The notes beneath the pieces were generated by a model that had not been told where the DNA came from, made no database searches, and worked only from the letters and a program-made list of their open reading frames with translations. Both the position numbers and the translations under genes were made by a program. Shown piece by piece: positions 9,694 through 18,054 of a DNA stretch of 64,000 bases (positions are counted from its first letter, which is position 1; every line of letters starts with the position of its first letter). This stretch comes from an uncultured Thermoplasmatales archaeon (GTDB lineage: Archaea; Thermoplasmatota; Penumbrarchaeia; Penumbrarchaeales; Penumbrarchaeaceae), in assembly GCA_964445525.1 (NCBI GenBank), contig CAYULA010000002.1, forward strand, positions 34,576 through 98,575, read 5' to 3'.

Positions 9694-10218
9694 ATGCTTA
9701 TCGTATCCCTGATCGGCTTGAAGAAATGCGGGAAGACAACAACCGCAGAGGCATTGATAGGTGAATTTCGAAGGAGAGGGTTCCGGGTCGGTGCCGTCAA
9801 GTTCATGCCCAATTCAACCCTGACACTTGATGTCGAGGGAAAGGACACCTGGAGGCACAGGAACGCAGGTGCGGAATTTGTTATCTCCCTCTCCCGCGGA
9901 GAGATAGGCTATATCGGAAACGTGGAAGGTAGGGCCACGATCGATGATGCCCTGAATATTGTTCCGGAGGGAACCGATATACTTGTCTGCGAGGGCTACA
10001 ACACGACCGATCCCGGGATAATCAAAATAATTCTCGCAAGGGATCCTCCATCTTTGGAGGAAACCATGAAAGTGAGAGGGGTGAAAGGAGATTTCCTGGC
10101 GGTGTCGGGAATAATATCGAATACTGAATTCAACCATCTCGATCTGCCTGTCCTCGATGCAACCTCTCCCATTCAGCTGAAAAAACTGGCGGACCTTATA
10201 ATAGGGAAGGGACAGTGA
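9694..10218 (+). CDS. mobB: MobB-like P-loop protein (molybdopterin-guanine dinucleotide biosynthesis protein B)
   Basis: GLKKCGKTT, GAVK, DVEGKDTWRHRNAGA and DILVCEG motifs. Confidence 0.85.
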   Translation: MLIVSLIGLKKCGKTTTAEALIGEFRRRGFRVGAVKFMPNSTLTLDVEGKDTWRHRNAGAEFVISLSRGEIGYIGNVEGRATIDDALNIVPEGTDILVCEGYNTTDPGIIKIILARDPPSLEETMKVRGVKGDFLAVSGIISNTEFNHLDLPVLDATSPIQLKKLADLIIGKGQ

Positions 10219-10220
10219 CC

Positions 10221-10502
10221 TCATTTCTTGTCGGTCACCTTGATCAGATGAAAACCGAACTGGGTCTGAACAGGTTCCGATATGTCCCCTTTGTTCAGTG
10301 CGAAGGCCACATCCTCGAAAGGTTTCACCATCTGTCCCTTTCCGAAGTAACCCAGATCGCCACCCCTCTTGCCGGAGGGGCACTGGGAGTGCTTTTTCGC
10401 CAGGTCCTCGAACCTGGCTCCTGCCCTGATCCTGTTCAGTATCTTCGTAGCATCGTTCTTGGAACCAACAAGTATATGACTTGCCCTTACCTGAGATACC
10501 AT
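10221..10502 (-). CDS. ppiC: parvulin-type peptidyl-prolyl isomerase
   Basis: VRASHILV, HSQCPSGKRGGDLG, GQMVKPFE and TQFGFHLI; 93 aa from the ATG at 10502. Confidence 0.93.
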   Translation of the reverse strand: MVSQVRASHILVGSKNDATKILNRIRAGARFEDLAKKHSQCPSGKRGGDLGYFGKGQMVKPFEDVAFALNKGDISEPVQTQFGFHLIKVTDKK

Positions 10503-10812
10503 GTAATGACCTCGAGGGGGATCGGAGGCCATGTATATAAGATTCGCCGAAGCCGAAGGATATAAATACACCCCTCGAGGGTGGAACAGGGTCATCCTTT
10601 AATAGGAAATGATCAAAATGGTATCCGAAAAAACAGGTGATATTTCCCTGAAATGAGGCCTCAAAACAGGAGGCCAGTGTACTTCCCTTTTTATAATGCC
10701 GGGTAAATATTAACTGTTTCGAAACTTTTAAATAAGAAAAATGATGTCAGTCCAATGGAAACGTTTATATCCCATGATATGAGCGGAATAGAGCCCAAGG
10801 AGTTAGATACAG

Positions 10813-11784
10813 ATGGTAGTAGATGAAGACCCCGGCATGATTCGGAAGAAGCAGAGGTCCGACAGGGTCCAGATAGAGGAGACAACCACCTGTCCGGAGT
10901 GCGGAAGCGATCACATAATACGGGATTACGAGAGGGGGGAACTGGTTTGCGGGGACTGCGGTATTGTGATCAACGATCTCCAGATAGACATGGGCCCCGA
11001 ATGGAGAGCCTTCGACTCTGTCCAGACCGAACAGAGGGCAAGAACGGGAGCCCCGATGACCCTTACGATACACGACAAGGGTCTTTCAACGGAGATAGGC
11101 TGGAAGAACAAGGATTCCTACGGAAAGTCCATTCCCACCAGGAACAGGGCCCAGATGTACCGGCTCAGGAAATGGCAGAGAAGGATAAGGGTTTCCAACG
11201 CAACAGAGAGAAACCTGGCCTTCGCCCTTTCGGAACTTGACAGGATGGCGGCGGGAATCGGTCTTCCCCGGAATGTCAGGGAGACCGCCGCGAGGATCTA
11301 CAGGAACGCGGTGAACAAGAACCTGATCAGGGGAAGGTCCATAGAGGGAGTTGTGGCCTCCTCGATCTATGCGGCCTGCAGGCAGTGCAACGTTCCGAGG
11401 ACCCTGGACGAGATCGCATCGGCCTCGAGGGTGGGAAGGAAGGAGATCGGGAGAACCTACCGGTTCATGACAAGGGAGCTCGACATGAGGCTCATGCCCA
11501 CATCACCTCAGGATTATATCTCCAGGTTCTGCTCGGAGCTGAAGCTCTCGGGAGAGACCCAGACAAAGACAATGGAGATCCTCAAGCAGGCGGACGAGAT
11601 GGAGATAACCTCGGGCAGAGGACCCACCGGCATGGCGGCAGCGGCGATCTACATAGCCTCCATAATGACAAACGAGAGGAGGACCCAGAGAGAGGTTGCG
11701 GATGTTGCCGGTGTGACGGAGGTCACCATCAGGAACCGCTACAAGGAGCTTGCGGACAAACTCGGCATCGATCTTGAGATCTGA
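10813..11784 (+). CDS. tfb: transcription initiation factor IIB
   Basis: Zn ribbon CPECGS...CGDCG, PEWRAF, two cyclin repeats and [13 protein letters not shown]. Confidence 0.98.
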   Translation: MVVDEDPGMIRKKQRSDRVQIEETTTCPECGSDHIIRDYERGELVCGDCGIVINDLQIDMGPEWRAFDSVQTEQRARTGAPMTLTIHDKGLSTEIGWKNKDSYGKSIPTRNRAQMYRLRKWQRRIRVSNATERNLAFALSELDRMAAGIGLPRNVRETAARIYRNAVNKNLIRGRSIEGVVASSIYAACRQCNVPRTLDEIASASRVGRKEIGRTYRFMTRELDMRLMPTSPQDYISRFCSELKLSGETQTKTMEILKQADEMEITSGRGPTGMAAAAIYIASIMTNERRTQREVADVAGVTEVTIRNRYKELADKLGIDLEI

Positions 11785-11820
11785 TTTTGAAAAGAATAGA
11801 AATTAGATCAAGAAAAAGTA

Positions 11821-11839
11821 AGGGACCCTTGAGGTCCCT
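11821..11839. terminator. short hairpin downstream of tfb
   Basis: agggacc-cttga-ggtccct, followed shortly by T-rich sequence. Confidence 0.4.
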
Positions 11840-12337
11840 CGTTTATTATGAAAAATGAGCAAAGTAGCTCTCTTTTTTTCATATTTCCGCAATGCAGAGT
11901 ATACAATTGACGCTCTGTTTTGACCTTGGAATTGTTGATCTTTGAAAAATTTTATTCTAATTCCAAGGCATGCACAATGGTTTCTCTTATTAACGATCCA
12001 TTGGTGCTGTGGTGTGAAATTGCGATGCAAATAAAAAAATGACGCGAGTAATTTACGAGCTCCTTGAAAAGGAGTGACTTACGAAAAAACTCGCTTGTTA
12101 TTTTTCATGCTATGTTGTGAAAAGCAGTTCATGAGAGTTTTTTTTATAACCTGATTCTATTTATATTTTTAACAATTTAACTGAATAATACGATCCCTCT
12201 CTCCTCCATGGAAATGAAGCAGCAAAATTGCTTTAGGGGAGTAGATAGATAACATCCTAATGATATGAAATTTGATCAAGCAAGGTTGCATCTGAATATT
12301 ATATGGCCATTGAAAGGAAAATAACAAGGAAGATATT

Positions 12338-13828
12338 ATGACATCGAAGCTACCCATTAATCTTGAGGACCTCCTTCATCAGAGAAAAGTAGAGGGGGAC
12401 CGGATCGAATACAAGGCCGGATGGAATCCCGATTCAATTATGAGAACACTATGCGCCTTCGCAAATGATTTCGAGAACATTGGGGGAGGCTACATTGTTA
12501 TAGGTCAGGATACTGATGAAGATGGGAGACCGGTTTTTCCGCCTGTCGGTTTATCAGACAGTCTACTTGATAGGATTCAGCGCGAACTAATTGGATTTTG
12601 CAATCAGATCCAGCCAACCTACTTTCCGGTTTTAAGCTTGGAAGTGTTCCAAGACAAGAATCTTATCGTCTTATGGGCTCCCGGAGGCCAAAATCGTCCC
12701 TATAAGGTTCCAGAATCAGTAATATCAAAGAAAAAGTTACATAAATATTATATTCGACGCTTCACCAGTACTATAGTGGCAAAGGGTGAGGATGAACATG
12801 AATTGCTAAGTCTCACAGCAAAGGTTCCCTTTGATGACAGGTACAATCAAAATGCATCGATTGAGGATCTTTCTGTTTTATTGATGTGGGATTTTCTGAA
12901 AAAAGTAGGAAGTGAATTAGCTGAGGGGGCCAGAAACCTTGGTCATGGTGAAATTGGACTTCAGATAAATGTGGTTGGAGGACCTCCAGAGGCATTATTG
13001 CCGAAAAATGTTGGATTGCTTTTTTTTAACGAAGATCCCGAAAAGTTCTTCCCGGCAACTCAGATAGATGTGGTTTGGTTTCCAGAGGGTCCAGGTGGAG
13101 ATAGATTCGATGAAAAGATTTTCAAAGGACCTTTGGACCGAATTGCCCGAGATGCATTGAGTTATATCCAGATCAATTATCTGAAACAGACTATTATCAA
13201 GCATCCCGATAGGGCTGAGGCTGACCGATTTTGGAATTATCCCTATGTTGCAATAGAAGAAGCTGTAATAAATGCCGTTTACCATCGTTCATACGAGATT
13301 AGAGAGCCAATAGAAATCCGGATAACACCGGAGGATCTATTGGTTTTGAGTTTTCCAGGTCCCGATCGATCAATCAAAATGGAGGACCTTCAAAAAGGTA
13401 AAGCAGTTAGTCGCCGTTACAGGAACAGGCGTATCGGAGATTTCCTTAAGGAATTGGAGTTAACCGAGGGAAGGTCTACAGGGATCTCGAAGATATTAAA
13501 AGTTATACAAAAGAATAAATCTCCTTTACCCGAATTCGAAACCGATGATGATAGAAGCTATTTCATCATCAGGTTCCCGGTCCAACCGGATACGATTTCA
13601 GAAGAAGAAACGGAAAAAAGTTCGGAAAAAAGTTCGGAAAAAAGTTCGGAAGGGATCATGAACTTCATGAGGGTGAATCCAAAAATCACAATATCTGAGT
13701 TGTCTGCTGAGATTGGAATTACTACTAGAGCTATTGAAAAACAGATTGCAAAATTGAAAGCTGAAAAGAAAATTGAAAGAATTGGACCATTAAAAGGTGG
13801 ATACTGGAAAGTGAATTTGGACAAATAA
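12338..13828 (+). CDS. Schlafen/AlbA_2 domain + HATPase_c_4 (RecG-C-like) + C-terminal wHTH protein
   Basis: EGDRIEYKAG, CAFAND, GGYIVIG, EAVINAVYHRSY, RNRRIGDFL...EGRSTGI and a C-terminal ITISELSAEIG...IERIGPLKGGYW. Lies in an AT-rich segment. Confidence 0.85.
   Translation: MTSKLPINLEDLLHQRKVEGDRIEYKAGWNPDSIMRTLCAFANDFENIGGGYIVIGQDTDEDGRPVFPPVGLSDSLLDRIQRELIGFCNQIQPTYFPVLSLEVFQDKNLIVLWAPGGQNRPYKVPESVISKKKLHKYYIRRFTSTIVAKGEDEHELLSLTAKVPFDDRYNQNASIEDLSVLLMWDFLKKVGSELAEGARNLGHGEIGLQINVVGGPPEALLPKNVGLLFFNEDPEKFFPATQIDVVWFPEGPGGDRFDEKIFKGPLDRIARDALSYIQINYLKQTIIKHPDRAEADRFWNYPYVAIEEAVINAVYHRSYEIREPIEIRITPEDLLVLSFPGPDRSIKMEDLQKGKAVSRRYRNRRIGDFLKELELTEGRSTGISKILKVIQKNKSPLPEFETDDDRSYFIIRFPVQPDTISEEETEKSSEKSSEKSSEGIMNFMRVNPKITISELSAEIGITTRAIEKQIAKLKAEKKIERIGPLKGGYWKVNLDK
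13611..13650 (+). repeat. 12-bp tandem repeat x3 (cggaaaaaagtt) encoding EKSS repeats in the linker before the wHTH
   Basis: Read directly from the sequence. Confidence 0.9.
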
Positions 13829-14039
13829 TATTATGAAAATTCGTATAGGAATCAAATCTATCAAATTTAATTTATTAATATTACTATTTGTGTAACTAGA
13901 GATTAAATCACTTAATCCTTTGTTCACTCTGAAATTCTCTTACCATTGGTTGGAGATTTGTAAAAATCTTATTTATTGAACAACAATGACGAATATTTCA
14001 GATTCGGAAAAATTCCGGTAAAAACTCCGGTAAAATAAG

Positions 14040-14432
14040 TCAGATCTGATTCCATAAAAGGAAGATCAAAATCCCGTGTAAGACAGCGGAAGCTACCATT
14101 ACAACCAGGAAGCTCTTCTTTCTTGTCTTGTGACGGAAGAAGACCATACCCGTCAATCCCCCCAGGAATCCTCCGAGCACGGCCATCATGTGGAGGTTGA
14201 ACTCCGGGATCCTCTTTCCGTTGCCTTTTGCCTGCCCCTTGTCGTAGCCGTACAATCCGAAAAGCGTGACGGAGGACCCTATCATCCATGAGATGTGAAT
14301 ACCAAGTTCAAAAGGTGAGAATGCCCAGATGGGTCCCGTCAGGACCAGGCTGAGCATTAGAGGATAGACGGTCCATTCCAGTTTTGGATGCATCCTGTAG
14401 GACCCTTTCCGCCCCTTTCTCCTTCTCGACAT
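14040..14432 (-). CDS. DUF1294 family membrane protein
   Basis: LYGYDKGQA...RIPE...GGFLGG...FRHKTRK motif. Confidence 0.88.
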   Translation of the reverse strand: MSRRRKGRKGSYRMHPKLEWTVYPLMLSLVLTGPIWAFSPFELGIHISWMIGSSVTLFGLYGYDKGQAKGNGKRIPEFNLHMMAVLGGFLGGLTGMVFFRHKTRKKSFLVVMVASAVLHGILIFLLWNQI

Positions 14433-14470
14433 CAGGGGACGGAAAGCCCCTTGAACATATCATATTTGCC

Positions 14471-15373
14471 TTAAAACATGAGTTCCGAGGACCTCAACAG
14501 ATCCAGCATTAGATCGATGAAAGGTCTGAGATTGCCATCAACCTGTCCAATTTCAAGACAGCTGTAGTATTCCATTTTCCTTCTGCTGGGGATGTTGACC
14601 ATGGGATAACCCTTCGAATGGAGGATGAAATTCATCAGGAGCCTGCCCACCCTTCCGTTTCCATCCACGAAGGGATGAACTGTCTCGAATCCCATGTGGA
14701 AATATGATGCAAGCACAAGCGGGTGCAGTACATGCCTGTTTCTGGTATACCACGAGAGGAGCTCCTTCATATCCTCGGGTACATCCTGTGGAGACGGGGG
14801 CATCCATTCCACCCCCCTGATGAATACCTGCACATCCCTGTATCTCCCGATCTGTCCTTTCAGATCCTCCCGGATCGCATCCTCCATTACAAGTTCATGA
14901 AGCTTCATTATCAGGTCCCTTGACATATCTCCTCTGTAAGCCAGGATGAAATCGAATCCCTTCTTGTGATTGATAACCTCATTTATCTCCCTGAGGTGCT
15001 TGGCCCGAGGTGTGATGCCTTCGAAGAGCAGACCCGCTGTTTCCTGGAGGGTCAATGTATTTCCCTCTATTGCGGTGGAATCGTGGGTGAACCTGGAAAG
15101 GAATGTCTCGTATCTGTTCATCCAGTTCTCCTTTGGAAGTGTGGAATACCTCGATTTTATCATCCCAAGTTCCTCGATCTCCGATCCCGAAAGCAGGTTT
15201 TCGAGGACGTGAAGCTCCCTGTCGGCTTCTCTTTCAAGCCTTTCCCGCTCTTTATCGGAGAGATCCTTTCCGAGGTAGATTCTGTTCTTTTTCACCTTTC
15301 CCTCCCTCCTTCTGGACCTGACCCTGTAGTAATATGACGACCCGTTCCTTTCCTTTCTTTCCGTATAGCTCAT
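14471..15373 (-). CDS. Fic family AMP-transferase, class II (intramolecular inhibitory helix)
   Basis: Canonical HPFVDGNGRVGR motif, inhibitory STAIEGN motif and a basic N-terminal domain. Confidence 0.93.
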   Translation of the reverse strand: MSYTERKERNGSSYYYRVRSRRREGKVKKNRIYLGKDLSDKERERLEREADRELHVLENLLSGSEIEELGMIKSRYSTLPKENWMNRYETFLSRFTHDSTAIEGNTLTLQETAGLLFEGITPRAKHLREINEVINHKKGFDFILAYRGDMSRDLIMKLHELVMEDAIREDLKGQIGRYRDVQVFIRGVEWMPPSPQDVPEDMKELLSWYTRNRHVLHPLVLASYFHMGFETVHPFVDGNGRVGRLLMNFILHSKGYPMVNIPSRRKMEYYSCLEIGQVDGNLRPFIDLMLDLLRSSELMF

Positions 15374-15377
15374 GATA

Positions 15378-15427
15378 ATTGTACGTCCACACTGATAGAT
15401 ATTTATTTTGGTTTGTGGACGTACAAT
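15378..15427. promoter_or_regulatory. perfect 14-bp inverted repeat upstream of fic (putative operator)
   Basis: attgtacgtccaca (15378-15391) and tgtggacgtacaat (15414-15427) with a 22-bp AT-rich spacer. Confidence 0.65.
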
Positions 15428-15515
15428 GTACGTCTACATTAACAAAGTAAAAACGAACCATTGTAGTCGTACACATCCAAAATATCAATTTAGAGGTTTG
15501 ACGGTACCCGAATTC

Positions 15516-16070
15516 ATGCCGACAGATGATCCTTATGAGGTTCTCGGGGTCCCCAGGGATGCCGATATCACGGAGATCAGGAAAGCCTACAAGAACCTGG
15601 CAAGGAAGCTCCATCCCGACAAGAGCGGATCCAATGTCAGGGCGCTTGAACAGATGAAGCTTGTCAATGAAGCATATGCGATACTTTCTAACAAGAGAGC
15701 AAGGGACATCCTGGAAGACGAGGAAGACTGGAAATGCAATGCTACGGAGGAAACCAGGGAGAAAGTGTGGAAGGAGTACTCCAAACAGGTTGAGGAATAC
15801 TACCAGCAGGTGCAGTCCTACCTTGAGACCGAGCTCTCCTCAATAAAAAGGGAAAGGGAGAAGCTCTCCGGGATCGAATTGAAGCTCAGAAAAAGAGAGG
15901 AAGAACTGAAAAAAAGGGAATCGGAGATTGAAAGCAGTATCAAAAAAAGAGAGGATTACATTTCCAGGAAGGAATCGGAGCTGGACGAGCTCCTGATGCT
16001 GATCTCACGCTCCAATTCCATCGTGGTTGATCTGGCCCAGTCCTCCAAATCCCTGAGAAACAGGAAATAA
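15516..16070 (+). CDS. J-domain protein with C-terminal coiled coil
   Basis: DPYEVLGV...AYKNLARKLHPDK...VNEAYAIL containing the HPD motif. Confidence 0.9.
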   Translation: MPTDDPYEVLGVPRDADITEIRKAYKNLARKLHPDKSGSNVRALEQMKLVNEAYAILSNKRARDILEDEEDWKCNATEETREKVWKEYSKQVEEYYQQVQSYLETELSSIKREREKLSGIELKLRKREEELKKRESEIESSIKKREDYISRKESELDELLMLISRSNSIVVDLAQSSKSLRNRK

Positions 16071-16072
16071 CA

Positions 16073-16543
16073 TCATTCGATCTGTGCATAAACCTCTGTC
16101 AGGATCTCTTCGGGGGGAACCTCACTCGGGTCGTTGAGATAATATTCCCTGTATGGACCTTTCACTTCCTTTCCGTTTTCTTTCATCCATCCGAACAACC
16201 TGTTGTATGAATCCCCCACCTTCTCGTAGGGTCCCTTGTGGATGGTCTTTACCATCTTCACCCGTGGCAGTTCGTAATGTTTGATCTCGTCTGTCTCCAG
16301 GATTTTTCCGGTCACGGGGATTGCCACTTCGAGGTCCGCATTATTGTTTTTCATTGCCTCCTCAACCGCTTCCATCGTGAGTTCGTGGCAGAGGAATACG
16401 GGAGGTCCGGCGACCTCCATTCCGCTGGTCATAACGTGTTCGAACAACTTTGGAATCAGCTTCCCGGTGTCCTGGTAAGCTCCCCTGGCTCTCATTCCCA
16501 CAACCTTTAACGGTTCAAGTTCAACGATCTCGATATCTTCCAT
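16073..16543 (-). CDS. GyrI-like small-molecule-binding protein
   Basis: HKGPYEKVGDSY...REYYLNDPSEVPPEEILTEV. Confidence 0.9.
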   Translation of the reverse strand: MEDIEIVELEPLKVVGMRARGAYQDTGKLIPKLFEHVMTSGMEVAGPPVFLCHELTMEAVEEAMKNNNADLEVAIPVTGKILETDEIKHYELPRVKMVKTIHKGPYEKVGDSYNRLFGWMKENGKEVKGPYREYYLNDPSEVPPEEILTEVYAQIE

Positions 16544-16654
16544 TTATTTCACCTCACTCCTCTCAAAGGATCCGGATATTTGAACCGAACCTCGGGAGTG
16601 AGAGGTGCATAAACGTGGAAATAAAGGTAGGTTTGCAGTTTCACCCGGGTGAGA

Positions 16655-17995
16655 CTACATCCAGTGTACGCTGTTGATGAACTCGTCCCACCGGGTGTCC
16701 TGACTGAACTTGATATCCTCGTAGGCGGGATTGTAAGACGAGGACCTGTATGGAAGGTAGATGGATACCCCGTGGGCGTCAGGATGACCTCCGTCCTCGT
16801 AGGTATTTCTGTACAGCATCACCAGGTCCTCGACAGCGTTCATTATATCCTGAGAATGGGAGGTCCTCAAGGTACCCGCTGTGGGTTTGGACAGCTGAAA
16901 GGCGAAATCGTAGATGTCGTAGTTTGTATATGTGGCCTGGCCGATCCAATCCATCTGGTGGGAGAAGTATTCGGTGTACAGTTTCGGGTCCTGATATTCC
17001 GGGTGCCCTATCACGGTGTTTATGAGGATTCCCTGGTTTATGGTCTGGCCGATCCCTGTCATCTTTGGGAGCAGCTCTGATGCCAGGGCATCCAGGGCCT
17101 CCACAAGGGGTACGACATTACTCAGGTTGAATATTCCGAAGACATCGGAATATCCCTGCTTGGGAATGTAAGGAGGTGCGGTCCAGGGTCCGTAGGGCTT
17201 GAACGTTTCCCCCATCACGAGTGCGAACTCTTCTGCGGACATTTTCGGATTATCGGAAAGCTCCTCCCAGCATGCGTCGTACTGCCAGTTCCCCGGTCTG
17301 TAATCATTGTTCTCGGGTTCCGCCTCACCACCCCATCCGTAGGTTGATCCTCCCACGAAGTAGCTGCAGGAATCCCTGACCTCGTAGGCGAACTCCACCA
17401 TCCCCACAAGACATGCTTCCGTGGAAAATACGTCCACTTTCCGACCCAGGTGATCGCTGAAAGATTCCATTGTCCTGCCAATTTCAGGAAGGTCCAGATG
17501 ATCTGCGGAGAGAACGTCCCAGCACATTCCCCTCCAGCCTCCGCCGTGATTTACGAGGTGGACATTGTATCTCTTGGCCGGATAGTTGTCCGCTCCCCAT
17601 TTCAGGAACTTGAGAAGCTGGTCTCCATCGCCGGTATTGAGTTCATTATGCCCCCATTCGGGGTCGATATCGGTAAGGTTGAGGTATCTTGACCCGCCGT
17701 GCTGCAGTTCTATGAGCTGGGTGTCACCTTCCAGTTCCTTGTCCAGGATAATAATGACGTTTGTCAATGGGTTGTCCGGGACCTTCTCCAGGAAATGAAG
17801 GTTGCACAGGCCCATGTTCCACTCGCCGAGGTCCCCTTCCATGCACATCCACATCAATGTGGTCCATTCGGCCTCGCCGGTGGTCTCTTCTCCGTCGCTC
17901 CCGATTTCCCTGCTGGATGTGGTCAGGAGCAGAGCTCCCGCAACCATGAAAATAGCCACAGCGACAGCTCCGATCGCAATATGCTGTCTCTTCAT
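16655..17995 (-). CDS. membrane-anchored clostripain-family (C11) cysteine peptidase
   Basis: N-terminal TM helix, EWTTLMWM, ELNTGD, NHGGGW (catalytic His), ACLVGMVE (catalytic Cys) and GVSIYLP. Confidence 0.88.
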   Translation of the reverse strand: MKRQHIAIGAVAVAIFMVAGALLLTTSSREIGSDGEETTGEAEWTTLMWMCMEGDLGEWNMGLCNLHFLEKVPDNPLTNVIIILDKELEGDTQLIELQHGGSRYLNLTDIDPEWGHNELNTGDGDQLLKFLKWGADNYPAKRYNVHLVNHGGGWRGMCWDVLSADHLDLPEIGRTMESFSDHLGRKVDVFSTEACLVGMVEFAYEVRDSCSYFVGGSTYGWGGEAEPENNDYRPGNWQYDACWEELSDNPKMSAEEFALVMGETFKPYGPWTAPPYIPKQGYSDVFGIFNLSNVVPLVEALDALASELLPKMTGIGQTINQGILINTVIGHPEYQDPKLYTEYFSHQMDWIGQATYTNYDIYDFAFQLSKPTAGTLRTSHSQDIMNAVEDLVMLYRNTYEDGGHPDAHGVSIYLPYRSSSYNPAYEDIKFSQDTRWDEFINSVHWM

Positions 17996-18054
17996 CGACC
18001 CATGATATGGGCCTTTTCATATCTAAATTTCGATGGTAGCGTCCATACGTTGGA

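Noticed and set aside
12044..12094. Possible stem-loop gcgagt...ctcctt-gaa-aaggag...actcgc in the AT-rich island flank
   Set aside because: The stems are short and interrupted, so I cannot distinguish them from chance without covariation data.
13611..14037. Short repeats (cggaaaaaagtt x3; ccggtaaaa x2) considered as a CRISPR remnant
   Set aside because: The units are tandem without unique spacers and too short, and no cas genes are present.
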